37,801 nt of DNA from Microcoleaceae cyanobacterium (GCA_051652765.1 JBOFUV010000054.1:1-37801), one strand, 5' to 3'. Positions 1-9,733 are shown, numbered from the stretch's first letter. Program-made: numbers and translations. The notes: a model not told the origin generated them from the sequence alone.

Positions 1-1
1 T

Positions 2-340
2 AAGGGAGGCCCTGAGGTCATCGGGAGAAAGCACCAGAGCACAATCAACTGGAAATCGCTCCATGAGCTGTAAAGGCTTGCCCCGTAGAACTTGAGAGAG
101 ATTCAGTCGGATATTTGACCCGGTGGCTTCTACCTGGCTGAGGTGGATGCCCTGGTAAATGGTCTGGGTCGCTGAGATCGATGCTTTTGGCAGATAGCCA
201 GAGAGAATTGAACGATTACTGCCCGCAAGAGCAACCTTTAAGTTTTTGACTTGGTCAGCCTGCGATCGCAGCCATATCTGGATTGCCTGTGAAAGTGCTC
301 GGCCAACCCACTGACTTCCTTGGGAGTGATCCAAATCCAT
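2..340 (-). CDS. DUF2993/LmeA-like protein, 5' portion (runs off the window start)
   Basis: Not in the ORF track. Manual translation from ATG at 340: MDLDHSQGSQWVGRALSQAIQIWLRSQADQVKNLKVALAGSNRSILSGYLPKASISATQTIYQGIHLSQVEATGSNIRLNLSQVLRGKPLQLMERFPV..., with no stop to the edge. WLRSQ, YQGIHL and RGKPL..L resemble cyanobacterial DUF2993 proteins. Confidence 0.7.
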   Translation of the reverse strand, partial: MDLDHSQGSQWVGRALSQAIQIWLRSQADQVKNLKVALAGSNRSILSGYLPKASISATQTIYQGIHLSQVEATGSNIRLNLSQVLRGKPLQLMERFPVDCALVLSPDDLRASL

Positions 341-441
341 AATTAAGTAGTATGAACAATAAGCATTGAGGATTAGCATTGAGGACGCTGCAAAGGTTTC
401 TGAAGTAGCCCTACTGCTTTTCAACAAGTAGTGTAGTGTGA

Positions 442-1224
442 TCATTCAACTTGACAACACCGAATAATAGGCGCGTCAGCAATTTGATCCAATCCAACAG
501 ATTTCAGTAAGCTGGATTTCTCCTGCATCAATTCCACACTTTGAGGTTTTTCAAGCAGCAATTGGTTGATCAAAGTCAATGCATCATACCAAATGCCATG
601 GGTGATATAAGCATTATAATTTTTCTCGGTTAGATCATTTGAGAGTTGAGTTCTCAGTTCAGAAGTTGGTTCAACAGGTTGAATCCAGCCATCAACTCTA
701 GGGTTTTTGGATGGATGTTCTGGATCGCAGACTAGCTCGAAAAACCAATGATACTCTTGGTTAGGTTCTAATGAAACTAAAGTTGAAGATAAGGAAACGC
801 TGATAATTCCTGGAGTTTCAGAAAGCTGAATCGTTATAGGTTGTTTAAGAACAGAACGTTGATTTTGATCCAATAATATGAGTTCTGCCTGATAAACTTG
901 GGTAGATTTATAGGGCACATAAAACCACAACGTTGGGGATGCACTCACGGTTAGCCCAAAGTTGTTCGGGGGAATCAATGCTGTTAGGGGCAAGGTCGTT
1001 GCCGGACAATTTCCCCGGCTCCCGCCACCTTGACGGTTTCCTGGCCAAGTTCTGCCATATCCATCAAAAGAACTAGTAAGGAGTAGAGCATTTTGAGGAA
1101 CTTCAGTCAATGTAGACAATGGGTAAATACTTAGGCCAATTTGCCAATCTAAGGCAAGAAAAATTGCCATTATCTTAAAATTTAACCTTGAATTTAACCT
1201 TGAATTTAACTTCATCCAATTCAT
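442..1224 (-). CDS. DUF928 domain protein, predicted exported
   Basis: Motifs PGNRQGGGSRGNC, GLTVSASPTLWFYVP, YHWFFELVC, VDGWI, GIWYDAL and LLKSVGL. The ATG at 1224 overlaps the upstream TGA (ATGA coupling), so it is preferred over the ORF-track start at 1293. Basic then hydrophobic N-terminus. Confidence 0.85.
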   Translation of the reverse strand: MNWMKLNSRLNSRLNFKIMAIFLALDWQIGLSIYPLSTLTEVPQNALLLTSSFDGYGRTWPGNRQGGGSRGNCPATTLPLTALIPPNNFGLTVSASPTLWFYVPYKSTQVYQAELILLDQNQRSVLKQPITIQLSETPGIISVSLSSTLVSLEPNQEYHWFFELVCDPEHPSKNPRVDGWIQPVEPTSELRTQLSNDLTEKNYNAYITHGIWYDALTLINQLLLEKPQSVELMQEKSSLLKSVGLDQIADAPIIRCCQVE

Positions 1225-3530
1225 CTTTTTACTCCTGCTAGAATAAACGAAATTCCCATAGGAATAATTGGTATCCATCCGCCGTTGATCCAAAGAATCA
1301 CAAAACTTGTTCCACCTAAAATAGTCAGAATAATACCCCCTGTGAAAAAATAAAAAATCAACGGGAGCTTTCGATAAAAATAAAACCTAGAGATTGCTTC
1401 TCCTAAAACAGCGCTGGTGAAAATTAACAGTACTTCTCCCCATAGGGGCAAGACCCATATTAAGGGGCGATCATCTTGAACAGCACTTAATATTTGACTC
1501 ACCATTTGGGCCTGAACAAATACCCCTGAAATATGTTGAATCGGGGCATAGGCTGCACTGTAAGGAGTCAGCAAACCATCTTCAATACTACGGGCATTTG
1601 TCCCAATTAAGATAATCCGATCTTTCACCCAAGATGAGTCAAATTGATTATTTAAAATTTCCCCTAGGGTAACAGTTTGAGCAGGGGCTTGAGCAGAACG
1701 ATAGTTTAGTAACACCTGATATCCTGCCGCATCTAGTTTTTGGTAACTTCCGGTCTGCGGTTCAATTTTTTTGAAATTAACTGTTCCAATCTGAAAGGAA
1801 TTTGGCAAAGTTTGGTTAAATTTAACGCCTTCAGAAGTTAAGTAATGTTGGACTATTTGAAAGCTAAAAGATTTGTCTGTGTCGCATCCATCAACCGGAT
1901 TCATCCCAAAGAATTGGCGACGGACAATTCCATCTGAATCAATCGGTACATCACTAAATCCAACCTGTTCTAATGGCATTTCACGAGGAGGAGCGATAGT
2001 AGGATTATTTTCACCCCCCCCCATTTCACAAACTGCAATTAAATTCTGATATAGACTCTTAGAGTGAGCTGAAGGTTCTAAAGAGTTCTGCGCTCCTGCT
2101 TGCAATAAAAAAGGCCGATAAATATCTAAACCAATCACTCGCGGTTGATGTTGATTGAGCTTTTCTAGCAACTGTTTCAAAGTTTGCTCTGATAATGAAC
2201 CCTGGCCATCCCTAGGGCTTTGGGCTTCGATATCTGCTTCAGTGATTGTAACAATTAACAAGCGAGGATCAAGGGATTCTTGAGGGCGTAATCTAACCAA
2301 TTGATCGAAGGTTTTTAACTCCAAATATTCTAATAATCCAAACCATCTGATGCCCGTGACTAAACTGGTAATTACTAAGCTTGCAATCAATAAAGACTGC
2401 CATTGAGGCCATTTTGATATGGTTTTTGGCCGCATGGGCTGCCGCAATTGTTGCCAGGTTGGAGGAGGCTCTGTCAGGTCTTGAAAGGTTGGATTTTGAA
2501 AAATTACTGGTAGCCAGCTAGCGCAGGGAAATTTATCTTCTAATCCTTGTAACCGTTCTCGCGCTTCTCGAACTGATAGTTCAAAGGATTTTCCACCAGA
2601 GAATGCAGTGAGGAAATATTTGAGAAATTCTTGAGCAACTCGATCTGGTATCAGCTCTCGCATCACAATCATTTGAGGAATCTGCAAATCACTCAATTGC
2701 CATGCTAAGCCCAACCCATCACAGGAGTTGAAAATTGCTAGTTTTAACCCTTGATGAACCGACTGTTTTAAACCATATTTCAACTCTTGAATGGTTAAAT
2801 TATCCCTAGGATTCAGGTAAATTTTTCCGGTATCCTGTTCTGTTTCACTGTGCCCAGCAAAGAACAGAATATCCCAGGGTTGTTCCCACAGGCGATCGCT
2901 CACAACTTGACGGTTAGGCTCTACTAAAAACGTCACCTCAGCATCCGGCAAACTTTCCAATAATTGCCGATCCCGACTCACCTGAATACCGGCACTGTGT
3001 CCTAGAATTGCCAGAATTCTCACCTTTTTTTTAGTTGTTGAAGGTGCGACTTTAATCGGTTTAAACCCTGGCGCACAGAATGTGATTTCTGCCTGTCGTG
3101 ACTCTACCCAATCCCACAGATGCCAAGGAAGTTTTTGCAATTGCTGATCGTCAGTTTGAATCAGCACTCTTAAAGTATCTTCTCGATTAATTTCATCTCG
3201 CAATCGTCGCTCAATTGGACGAAATTCAGCCACATCTAACCAGCGCAGAAACTGGTCAACTAATTGTTTGGCAGAGTACTGACAATTGTCAAGCCGAATG
3301 CCAATATTACCATCATAAATAATCGCTTCTGGGTTGATTCGATAGGGTGCCTCAATCCTTCGATACTGTGTGTTCCAATGATTTTGTAAACAAGTTACAA
3401 GCTCTGAGTTGGGAGGTAACCTGCCAACCATTTCGAAGCAGCGATTACCTCCCGACCAGATTTCTAATGTAACCTGTAATCCTTGAATTAAATCACCATT
3501 AAATCTGAGGAGAACTTGTTTGTTCATCAC
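1221..3530 (-). CDS. CHAT (caspase-HetF-like) protease fused to a TM helix, CHASE2 extracytoplasmic sensor domain and C-terminal TM helices
   Basis: CHAT motifs LQKLPWH, ILFFAGHS (His), LAIFNSCDG (Cys) and QEFLKYFL...AR. TM segment SLLIASLVITSLVTGI. CHASE2 motifs LELKTFDQLVRLRP, DPRLLIVTITEADI, PRVIGLDIYR, DSDGIVRR and KDRIILIG. Confidence 0.9.
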   Translation of the reverse strand: MMNKQVLLRFNGDLIQGLQVTLEIWSGGNRCFEMVGRLPPNSELVTCLQNHWNTQYRRIEAPYRINPEAIIYDGNIGIRLDNCQYSAKQLVDQFLRWLDVAEFRPIERRLRDEINREDTLRVLIQTDDQQLQKLPWHLWDWVESRQAEITFCAPGFKPIKVAPSTTKKKVRILAILGHSAGIQVSRDRQLLESLPDAEVTFLVEPNRQVVSDRLWEQPWDILFFAGHSETEQDTGKIYLNPRDNLTIQELKYGLKQSVHQGLKLAIFNSCDGLGLAWQLSDLQIPQMIVMRELIPDRVAQEFLKYFLTAFSGGKSFELSVREARERLQGLEDKFPCASWLPVIFQNPTFQDLTEPPPTWQQLRQPMRPKTISKWPQWQSLLIASLVITSLVTGIRWFGLLEYLELKTFDQLVRLRPQESLDPRLLIVTITEADIEAQSPRDGQGSLSEQTLKQLLEKLNQHQPRVIGLDIYRPFLLQAGAQNSLEPSAHSKSLYQNLIAVCEMGGGENNPTIAPPREMPLEQVGFSDVPIDSDGIVRRQFFGMNPVDGCDTDKSFSFQIVQHYLTSEGVKFNQTLPNSFQIGTVNFKKIEPQTGSYQKLDAAGYQVLLNYRSAQAPAQTVTLGEILNNQFDSSWVKDRIILIGTNARSIEDGLLTPYSAAYAPIQHISGVFVQAQMVSQILSAVQDDRPLIWVLPLWGEVLLIFTSAVLGEAISRFYFYRKLPLIFYFFTGGIILTILGGTSFVILWINGGWIPIIPMGISFILAGVKR

Positions 3531-3545
3531 CCATTCCTCTTAAGG

Positions 3546-4490
3546 TTAAAGAAAAAAGGTTTCCGTAATTCTGGATGTGCCATGGATAATCTGAACTCCA
3601 AAGCCTTCTCCAGTTTCACCACTAAATTTTAGCTGCAGACTTTCAGTACTTCGAGTTTCTGCTTGCATGACCGTTGCTTGTTCCTCATCCAAAATAGATA
3701 GTTTTAAATCTGGAGGCAAGTAAGTCTGATTTTCGATCGGATATAATTCAACCCAAATTTCCATTTCTAAAGCTGTTCTAGGAGTAATCCGAACCAGCAA
3801 TCCAACAGATTCTTGTGGATTATTTAGACTCAACACTTTAACCCGTTCAACCATAGTTTTTGTGCTCTTCAACGCTTGAGAATTGCTATTCCCATGATTA
3901 ACTGTTCCACTCCGCCAAGCCATCTGAGGCGGAGCCAGCAAACTATTTACCGTTTCCCAACCCGTTTCAAACACATTTTGTAACCATTGATCCAATTTTA
4001 CCGAAGCTTCTAACTGACTAGAATACTTGAGAAAATCATCTAGAGATTTCACTTGAATCAAGGGAATTGCTTCAGCTTCAGCCTTTCTTAAAAAACCTAG
4101 GATTCGAGCTTCTGTCAGGGCTGAATTAAGCTGAACAGCAAAGTAACCTCTGCGATCGCTCCATGTTTCAGGCGGAATATGAACTGTGGATTCATCCGGC
4201 AATACTGGACGACACTCAAATCTCCCAATCTGATTGACTTCTAAATCGGCAACATCCATGAATCGTTGGATCATCGGATCAAAACTATTGCTTGATTCCC
4301 AATTTGTTCGGAATCCCATACAGTTTAAATAAAAATCAACGGCATATACACTTAATGTATTGAGATACACTTGTTTAGCACGGTTGGCATCAAATTGCTG
4401 TTGACGAAATTGGCTCGCAATTTGATGGGCTTCTGAATATAAAGGAACGGTAAAAGTTAAAGTTTCCATCATAACCTCCAGAGTCTTCAT
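3546..4490 (-). CDS. DUF1822 family protein (candidate anti-sigma factor / protease substrate)
   Basis: Motifs AKQVYLNTLSVYAV, GRFECRPV, SDRRGYFAVQL, ARILGF, LDQWLQNVFETGW, LPPDLKLSILDE and GETGEGFGVQI are typical of DUF1822. Confidence 0.85.
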   Translation of the reverse strand: MKTLEVMMETLTFTVPLYSEAHQIASQFRQQQFDANRAKQVYLNTLSVYAVDFYLNCMGFRTNWESSNSFDPMIQRFMDVADLEVNQIGRFECRPVLPDESTVHIPPETWSDRRGYFAVQLNSALTEARILGFLRKAEAEAIPLIQVKSLDDFLKYSSQLEASVKLDQWLQNVFETGWETVNSLLAPPQMAWRSGTVNHGNSNSQALKSTKTMVERVKVLSLNNPQESVGLLVRITPRTALEMEIWVELYPIENQTYLPPDLKLSILDEEQATVMQAETRSTESLQLKFSGETGEGFGVQIIHGTSRITETFFL

Positions 4491-4577
4491 GAGTTTAATA
4501 GCAACCGGATTTGATCTGAAATTGTGGTGTAGGCATCTTGTCTACTATCTTACAGAACCATGCCTAAAAAACCAATT

Positions 4578-5252
4578 CTAGGATTGTAAATAGTCTCGAA
4601 AATAAGGGGTGAACTCTTTCAATCTCTTCTTGAAAAATTCGTAAAGGGATGAAATAGGGACATTTAACTCCGCTGAAATCTCTTGCCATTTTCGATCTCG
4701 CCAGATCTTTTCTAAAGCCAGGAACTGAAATGTTGCCTTGGATTGACCTTTAATATGATCTTGAGTGAACATCTGATTTGGATTTTCCTCAATCAACTGT
4801 TTTAATTCCTCAGATTCAGAAACTTGATCTTGAGCCGGAAAAAAGTGATCCAAATCTTCTAAATTTGGTAAAGAGATTTCAGGTTGAGTCTTTTGATCTT
4901 TGGGTAAATGAGTCATTCCTTTCTTGAGATACCGATCAAAATTATCCATGAATCGCTTTTCTAATAAAAAGTTGCACCACGCCATCACATCCTGTTCCGG
5001 TTTATAACGGTCAATTTTCTGACAAATCTCCATCAACATGCTGCTCAGGGCTTCACTGTAAAGATCATCATAAACTCCCTGAGAAAAGGGAAAAGACCCT
5101 TTTTTAGGGTGACCCAAATGACCCGACTTTAAAATTCCTTCGACTAATTGGTTGAGAGTTCGCCGACGTTCATAACTTTGGGCTGGGTATACCTGAGCAC
5201 TTTTGGCTAGCTGATTGAGTTGGCGATCGCCATCATAACTCCCCCTAATCAT
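4578..5252 (-). CDS. Sigma-70 family (ECF-like) RNA polymerase sigma factor
   Basis: Region-2-like LYSEALSSMLMEICQKIDRY..VMAWCNFLL and region-4 HTH RKWQEISAELNVPISSLYEFFKKRL. GGGAGG RBS upstream. Adjacent to DUF1822. Confidence 0.75.
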   Translation of the reverse strand: MIRGSYDGDRQLNQLAKSAQVYPAQSYERRRTLNQLVEGILKSGHLGHPKKGSFPFSQGVYDDLYSEALSSMLMEICQKIDRYKPEQDVMAWCNFLLEKRFMDNFDRYLKKGMTHLPKDQKTQPEISLPNLEDLDHFFPAQDQVSESEELKQLIEENPNQMFTQDHIKGQSKATFQFLALEKIWRDRKWQEISAELNVPISSLYEFFKKRLKEFTPYFRDYLQS

Positions 5253-5276
5253 GGACAGTTCCTCCCGAATTCAAGG

Positions 5277-5319
5277 GTTCTATTTTAGTTTCAGCTTTTA
5301 GAACAAATTTTTTCGGAAA
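5277..5319 (-). promoter_or_regulatory. Candidate sigma-dependent promoter for the sigma/DUF1822/CHAT operon
   Basis: Minus strand reads TTTCCGAAAAAA-tttgttctaaaag-CTGAAAC-taaaat-AGAAC, with the same motif and spacing as 5376-5418 (+). Confidence 0.6.
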
Positions 5320-5375
5320 ATTCAGTTTTTTTTACAAAACTTCAGGTCAATCTCCAATCTGAAAAACTTTTCAAA

Positions 5376-5418
5376 TTTCCGAAAAAAACTAAGCCTACTC
5401 CAGAAACACATACAGAAC
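5376..5418 (+). promoter_or_regulatory. Candidate sigma-dependent promoter for the RTX gene
   Basis: TTTCCGAAAAAA-actaagcctactc-CAGAAAC-acatac-AGAAC, ending about 30 nt before the ATG at 5450. Confidence 0.6.
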
Positions 5419-5449
5419 AACTCACTTGAAACTACAAGGAAGAACCAAA

Positions 5450-6415
5450 ATGGCGATTATTATTGGAACACCTGCAAGCGACCAGATTAATTTGACTGCA
5501 ACTCCTGAATCCCTACGTACAACCAATAACGCTGATACAGTAACGGCGAATGGTGGGGCTGATACAGTTCGAGGAGGAGGAGGAAATGATTTGATCGAGG
5601 GCAACTCAGGGAATGATAGTTTGCTCGGTGAGGCTGGACGAGACACAATCTATGGCGGTGTTGGTGCTGAAACAATTTATGGAGGATCAGACAACGATTA
5701 CCTCGATGGTGGCACTCCCCTAACCTTTGAACTGGGTGATGATCGAATTTACGGAGAGGGAGGGAATGACTTCCTGCTAGGTGGTCTTGGCAAGGATTTC
5801 CTTGATGGAGGAGACAATAACGACACCCTCAAAGGTCATGACAATGATGACAGGCTATTTGGTGGTGCTGGCAACGACAAAATGTACGGCGAGAATGGCA
5901 AGGACAACCTTCAAGGTGATGGGGGTAACGACAGCATGTATGGCGGCGCTGACAATGATACGTTCAATGCGTGGTGGGGGTATGATCTGCTCAGGGGTGA
6001 GGCAGGAAATGATGCCCTGCTAGGATGGGGCGGTCGAGATACTCTGTATGGAGATGAAGGCAACGATACGCTATATGTCAATGATGTACCCATCGGTTTC
6101 GAAGAGGATCTTGATACCTTAACGGGTGGTATAGGTGCGGATACGTTCCGTATCTCTCGTTTAACAGACAAGGTTGATACAATCACGGACTTTAAATTTG
6201 GAGAAAACGACATAGTTGCGATCAGCAAATTAGGGTTTGGGGCAACTTCACTGGATCAATTTGAATCAGTCTATAATTTAACGACCAAGATCGACACTCT
6301 GTTCTTTGATGCCTCTCCAACTGACGGAGTTGCTCCTGCACCAGTCGTCCAATTCACAAACATGCCAAACGATGATGCTTTCATCATTTCTGCTAGCCAT
6401 ATTAATCTCTTTTAG
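5450..6415 (+). CDS. RTX / hemolysin-type calcium-binding repeat protein
   Basis: Many GGxGxDxLx nonapeptides. C-terminal DTLTGGIGADTF...VDTITDF typical of type I-secreted RTX proteins. No Sec signal. AAGGA RBS before ATG 5450 (MAIIIGT...). Confidence 0.9.
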   Translation: MAIIIGTPASDQINLTATPESLRTTNNADTVTANGGADTVRGGGGNDLIEGNSGNDSLLGEAGRDTIYGGVGAETIYGGSDNDYLDGGTPLTFELGDDRIYGEGGNDFLLGGLGKDFLDGGDNNDTLKGHDNDDRLFGGAGNDKMYGENGKDNLQGDGGNDSMYGGADNDTFNAWWGYDLLRGEAGNDALLGWGGRDTLYGDEGNDTLYVNDVPIGFEEDLDTLTGGIGADTFRISRLTDKVDTITDFKFGENDIVAISKLGFGATSLDQFESVYNLTTKIDTLFFDASPTDGVAPAPVVQFTNMPNDDAFIISASHINLF

Positions 6416-6453
6416 ACGGTTGGTGAGCAGATAGGAATTTAATCACAATATCT

Positions 6454-6500
6454 GTAGGGGCGAGGTGACCTCGCCCCTCTTTAACGCGAGGCAACCTCGC
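6454..6500 (+). repeat. GTAG-type REP-like hairpin plus a degenerate inverted partner
   Basis: GTAGGGGCGAGGTGACCTCGCCCCT (6454-6478), followed by GCGAGGCAACCTCGC (6486-6500). Confidence 0.7.
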
Positions 6501-6603
6501 CTTGGATTCAAACCCAGGAATCCAGATGAACTCTGCATCAAGTCAGAGGTGCAATCGGGGACAGGAGCGTTAAGATTATTAAGGAGTGTAGCACGCTGTT
6601 CCC

Positions 6604-9600
6604 ATGTCACCATCCGCTCAGAATTCTCAAGCCAAATCCCATCAGTCTGAACTGGATCAGTTTCACAATGGACATCACTCCAATCCTGCCCTAGCTCAAA
6701 ACAGCATTCGGATTCGGGGTGCAAGACAGCATAACCTGAAGAACATTGATTTAGATCTACCCCGCGATCGCCTGATTGTGTTCACGGGAGTTTCAGGTTC
6801 AGGGAAATCCTCCCTGGCCTTTGATACGATTTTTGCCGAGGGGCAACGCCGTTATGTAGAATCCCTCAGCGCTTATGCCCGTCAGTTTTTGGGGCAGTTG
6901 GACAAGCCCGACGTTGATGCGATTGAAGGGCTAAGTCCAGCTATTTCCATTGATCAAAAATCCACCTCCCACAATCCTCGTTCCACCGTGGGTACGGTCA
7001 CGGAAATTTACGACTACTTAAGATTGCTCTTCGGGCGGGCTGGAGAACCCCACTGTCCAATTTGCGATCGCAGCATTGCCCCCCAAGCCATTGATCAGAT
7101 GTGTGATCGGATTATGGAGTTGCCCGATCGAACCAAATTTAATATTCTTGCACCCGTTGTTCGAGGGAAGAAAGGAACCCATCGCAAGTTACTCTCTAGC
7201 CTCGCCTCAGAAGGGTTTGTGCGCGTTCGAGTCAATGGAGAAATTTTAGAACTCTCAGATTCTATTGATTTAGATAAAAATCATAAACACACAATTGAAA
7301 TTGTGATTGACCGCTTGATTAAAAAGCCTGATATTCAGGAACGGTTAGTCGATTCGTTGACGACCTGTTTAAAGCATTCGGATGGCATTGCTGTGATTGA
7401 CATTTTGGATGAAACCTCCAGCCCAAATCATCGCAGTAATGTTGTTGTCCTAGAACCCAATAATTCTGCTGTTGCCCAGCTTAAAGCCGCAGAGAAACCG
7501 GACAGTTCCTATCAGATTGAGGAGACTTATGCCCAGGGAAATCCTCAAGGGAATTCCCAAGGACATTCTCCAGCTACAAATCAGCTAGTATTTTCAGAGA
7601 ACTTTGCCTGTCCTGAACACGGGGCAGTGATGGAAGAATTATCCCCACGATTATTTTCTTTCAACTCTCCCTACGGTGCTTGTCCCAGTTGTCATGGGCT
7701 AGGGCATGTGCTGACTTTTTCACCAGAGTCGATTATTCCTGATCCAGCAGTGCCGCTGTACATGGCGATCGCCCCTTGGTCAGACAAGGATAATTCTTAT
7801 TACCTGTCTTTGCTCCATAGTGTGGGTCAAGCCTTTAACTTTGAAATTACCCAACCCTGGAATCAATTAACGGAAGAACAGCAACAGATTATTCTTTACG
7901 GATCTGAAGAAGCAATCTGGATTGAAACTGACTCTCGCTATCGAGAAAAAAAAGGCTATCATCGCCCTTATACGGGGGTAATTCCCTTGTTGCAGCGGCA
8001 GTACGAAGAAAGTAGTTCAGAGGCTCAAAAGCAAAAATTAGAAGCCTATTTGGTCAATCGACCCTGCGAAACCTGTGGCGGCAAACGATTAAAACCAGAG
8101 GCACTTTCCGTGCGGATGGGTCAGTATCACATGACAGATTTAACTGAAGTTTCGATTCGGGATTGTTTGGATCGAATTCATCACTTAAACCTGAGCGATC
8201 GCCAAGCTCAAATTGCAGATTTGGTCTTGCGAGAAATTCAAGGGCGGTTGGAATTTCTAGTTGATGTTGGCCTGGACTATCTCAGCTTGTCTAGAACTGC
8301 TGCTAGTTTGTCCGGTGGAGAAGCCCAACGCATCCGTTTGGCCACTCAAATTGGTTCAGGTTTAACGGGAGTTCTGTACGTTTTAGATGAACCGAGTATT
8401 GGGTTACACCAGCGGGATAACGGACGGTTGCTGAATACCTTAACTAAGTTACGGGACTTGGGCAACACCTTGATTGTCGTCGAGCACGATGAAGAAACTA
8501 TTCGAGCGGCGGACTACATTGTTGATATTGGCCCCGGAGCAGGAGTCCATGGTGGTCAGATTGTTGCCCAGGGCAATTTAGCCGCAATTAATGCAGCAGA
8601 ACATTCATTAACTGGAGCCTATTTATCCAGACGAATTCAGATTGAAACTCCAGCAGAACGGAGGCTCGGAAATGGCAGATCCTTGGTGCTAAAAAATGCC
8701 CATCGGAATAATTTGAAACATCTAGACGTAGTATTTCCCCTGGGAAAATTAGTTGCAGTTACGGGAGTTTCAGGTTCCGGGAAATCAACTTTAATGAATG
8801 AGTTACTTTATCCTGCATTGCAACATCACTTTACGCGAAAAGTTCCCTTTCCAACTTCATTAGAGTCTCTGGAAGGGTTAGATGCTTTGGACAAAGTGAT
8901 TGTGATTGATCAGTCTCCGATTGGTCGCACACCCCGATCAAATGCAGCAACTTACACTGGGATTTTTGATGCGATTCGGGCTATTTTTTCAGAAACGATT
9001 GAAGCTAAAGCTCGGGGTTATAAGCCGGGACAATTTTCGTTTAATGTCAAAGGGGGACGCTGCGAAGCTTGTAGTGGTCAGGGGGTGAATGTGATTGAAA
9101 TGAATTTTCTCCCGGATGTTTATGTGCAATGTGAAGTCTGTAAAGGGGCAAGATATAACCGAGAAACCTTGCAGGTAAAATACAAGGGTTATTCGATTGC
9201 CGATGTACTGAATATGACTGTTGAGGAAGCGTTAGCCGCCTTTCAAAATATTCCAAAAGCTGAAGCTCGTCTACAAACTTTATTGGATGTTGGTTTGGGT
9301 TACATTCGTCTGGGACAACCGGCTCCCACTCTATCGGGCGGAGAGGCTCAGCGGGTAAAACTGGCCTCAGAATTATCCAAACGAGCTACGGGGAAAACCT
9401 TATATTTAATCGATGAACCGACAACAGGTCTTTCATTTTACGACGTTCATCAACTCTTGAATGTACTGCAACGGTTGGTGGATAAAGGGAATTCTATCAT
9501 CGTTATTGAACACAATTTAGATGTGATTCGCTGTGCCGATTGGGTAATTGATCTGGGGCCAGAAGGGGGCGATCGCGGGGGTGAAATTGTCGCCATTGGG

Positions 9601-9675
9601 ACTCCTGAAGAAGTGGCTAGAAATCAGCGATCGCAAACTGGACAATATTTGCAACATGTATTAAGCACCCACTAA
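6604..9675 (+). CDS. uvrA: Excinuclease ABC subunit A
   Basis: [11 protein letters not shown]; two Walker A motifs (GVSGSGKS); zinc-finger CxxC pairs; two LSGGEAQR signatures; LDEP/IDEP Walker B. Confidence 0.98.
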   Translation: MSPSAQNSQAKSHQSELDQFHNGHHSNPALAQNSIRIRGARQHNLKNIDLDLPRDRLIVFTGVSGSGKSSLAFDTIFAEGQRRYVESLSAYARQFLGQLDKPDVDAIEGLSPAISIDQKSTSHNPRSTVGTVTEIYDYLRLLFGRAGEPHCPICDRSIAPQAIDQMCDRIMELPDRTKFNILAPVVRGKKGTHRKLLSSLASEGFVRVRVNGEILELSDSIDLDKNHKHTIEIVIDRLIKKPDIQERLVDSLTTCLKHSDGIAVIDILDETSSPNHRSNVVVLEPNNSAVAQLKAAEKPDSSYQIEETYAQGNPQGNSQGHSPATNQLVFSENFACPEHGAVMEELSPRLFSFNSPYGACPSCHGLGHVLTFSPESIIPDPAVPLYMAIAPWSDKDNSYYLSLLHSVGQAFNFEITQPWNQLTEEQQQIILYGSEEAIWIETDSRYREKKGYHRPYTGVIPLLQRQYEESSSEAQKQKLEAYLVNRPCETCGGKRLKPEALSVRMGQYHMTDLTEVSIRDCLDRIHHLNLSDRQAQIADLVLREIQGRLEFLVDVGLDYLSLSRTAASLSGGEAQRIRLATQIGSGLTGVLYVLDEPSIGLHQRDNGRLLNTLTKLRDLGNTLIVVEHDEETIRAADYIVDIGPGAGVHGGQIVAQGNLAAINAAEHSLTGAYLSRRIQIETPAERRLGNGRSLVLKNAHRNNLKHLDVVFPLGKLVAVTGVSGSGKSTLMNELLYPALQHHFTRKVPFPTSLESLEGLDALDKVIVIDQSPIGRTPRSNAATYTGIFDAIRAIFSETIEAKARGYKPGQFSFNVKGGRCEACSGQGVNVIEMNFLPDVYVQCEVCKGARYNRETLQVKYKGYSIADVLNMTVEEALAAFQNIPKAEARLQTLLDVGLGYIRLGQPAPTLSGGEAQRVKLASELSKRATGKTLYLIDEPTTGLSFYDVHQLLNVLQRLVDKGNSIIVIEHNLDVIRCADWVIDLGPEGGDRGGEIVAIGTPEEVARNQRSQTGQYLQHVLSTH

Positions 9676-9733
9676 ATTCTGCGTGTTCCTTCGATGTCTC
9701 TCACAACACAAACACCGTAGAGCAAGTTTCTCA

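Noticed and set aside
1225..1293. ORF-track N-terminal extension of DUF928 (similar extensions on the fasciclin, acyltransferase and GNAT ORFs)
   Set aside because: It overlaps the upstream gene. Downstream ATGs with translational coupling, an RBS or family-typical N-termini fit better.
5422..6228. Short ORFs antisense or out-of-frame within the RTX gene
   Set aside because: Shadows of the repetitive Gly/Asp-rich coding strand. The same applies to the small ORFs inside pyk, fcl, the GT genes and the caspase-like gene.
6585..6603. Possible LexA box before uvrA (AGCACGCTGTTCC)
   Set aside because: It has a mismatch and a spacer one base short of the cyanobacterial RGTAC-N3-DGTWCB consensus.
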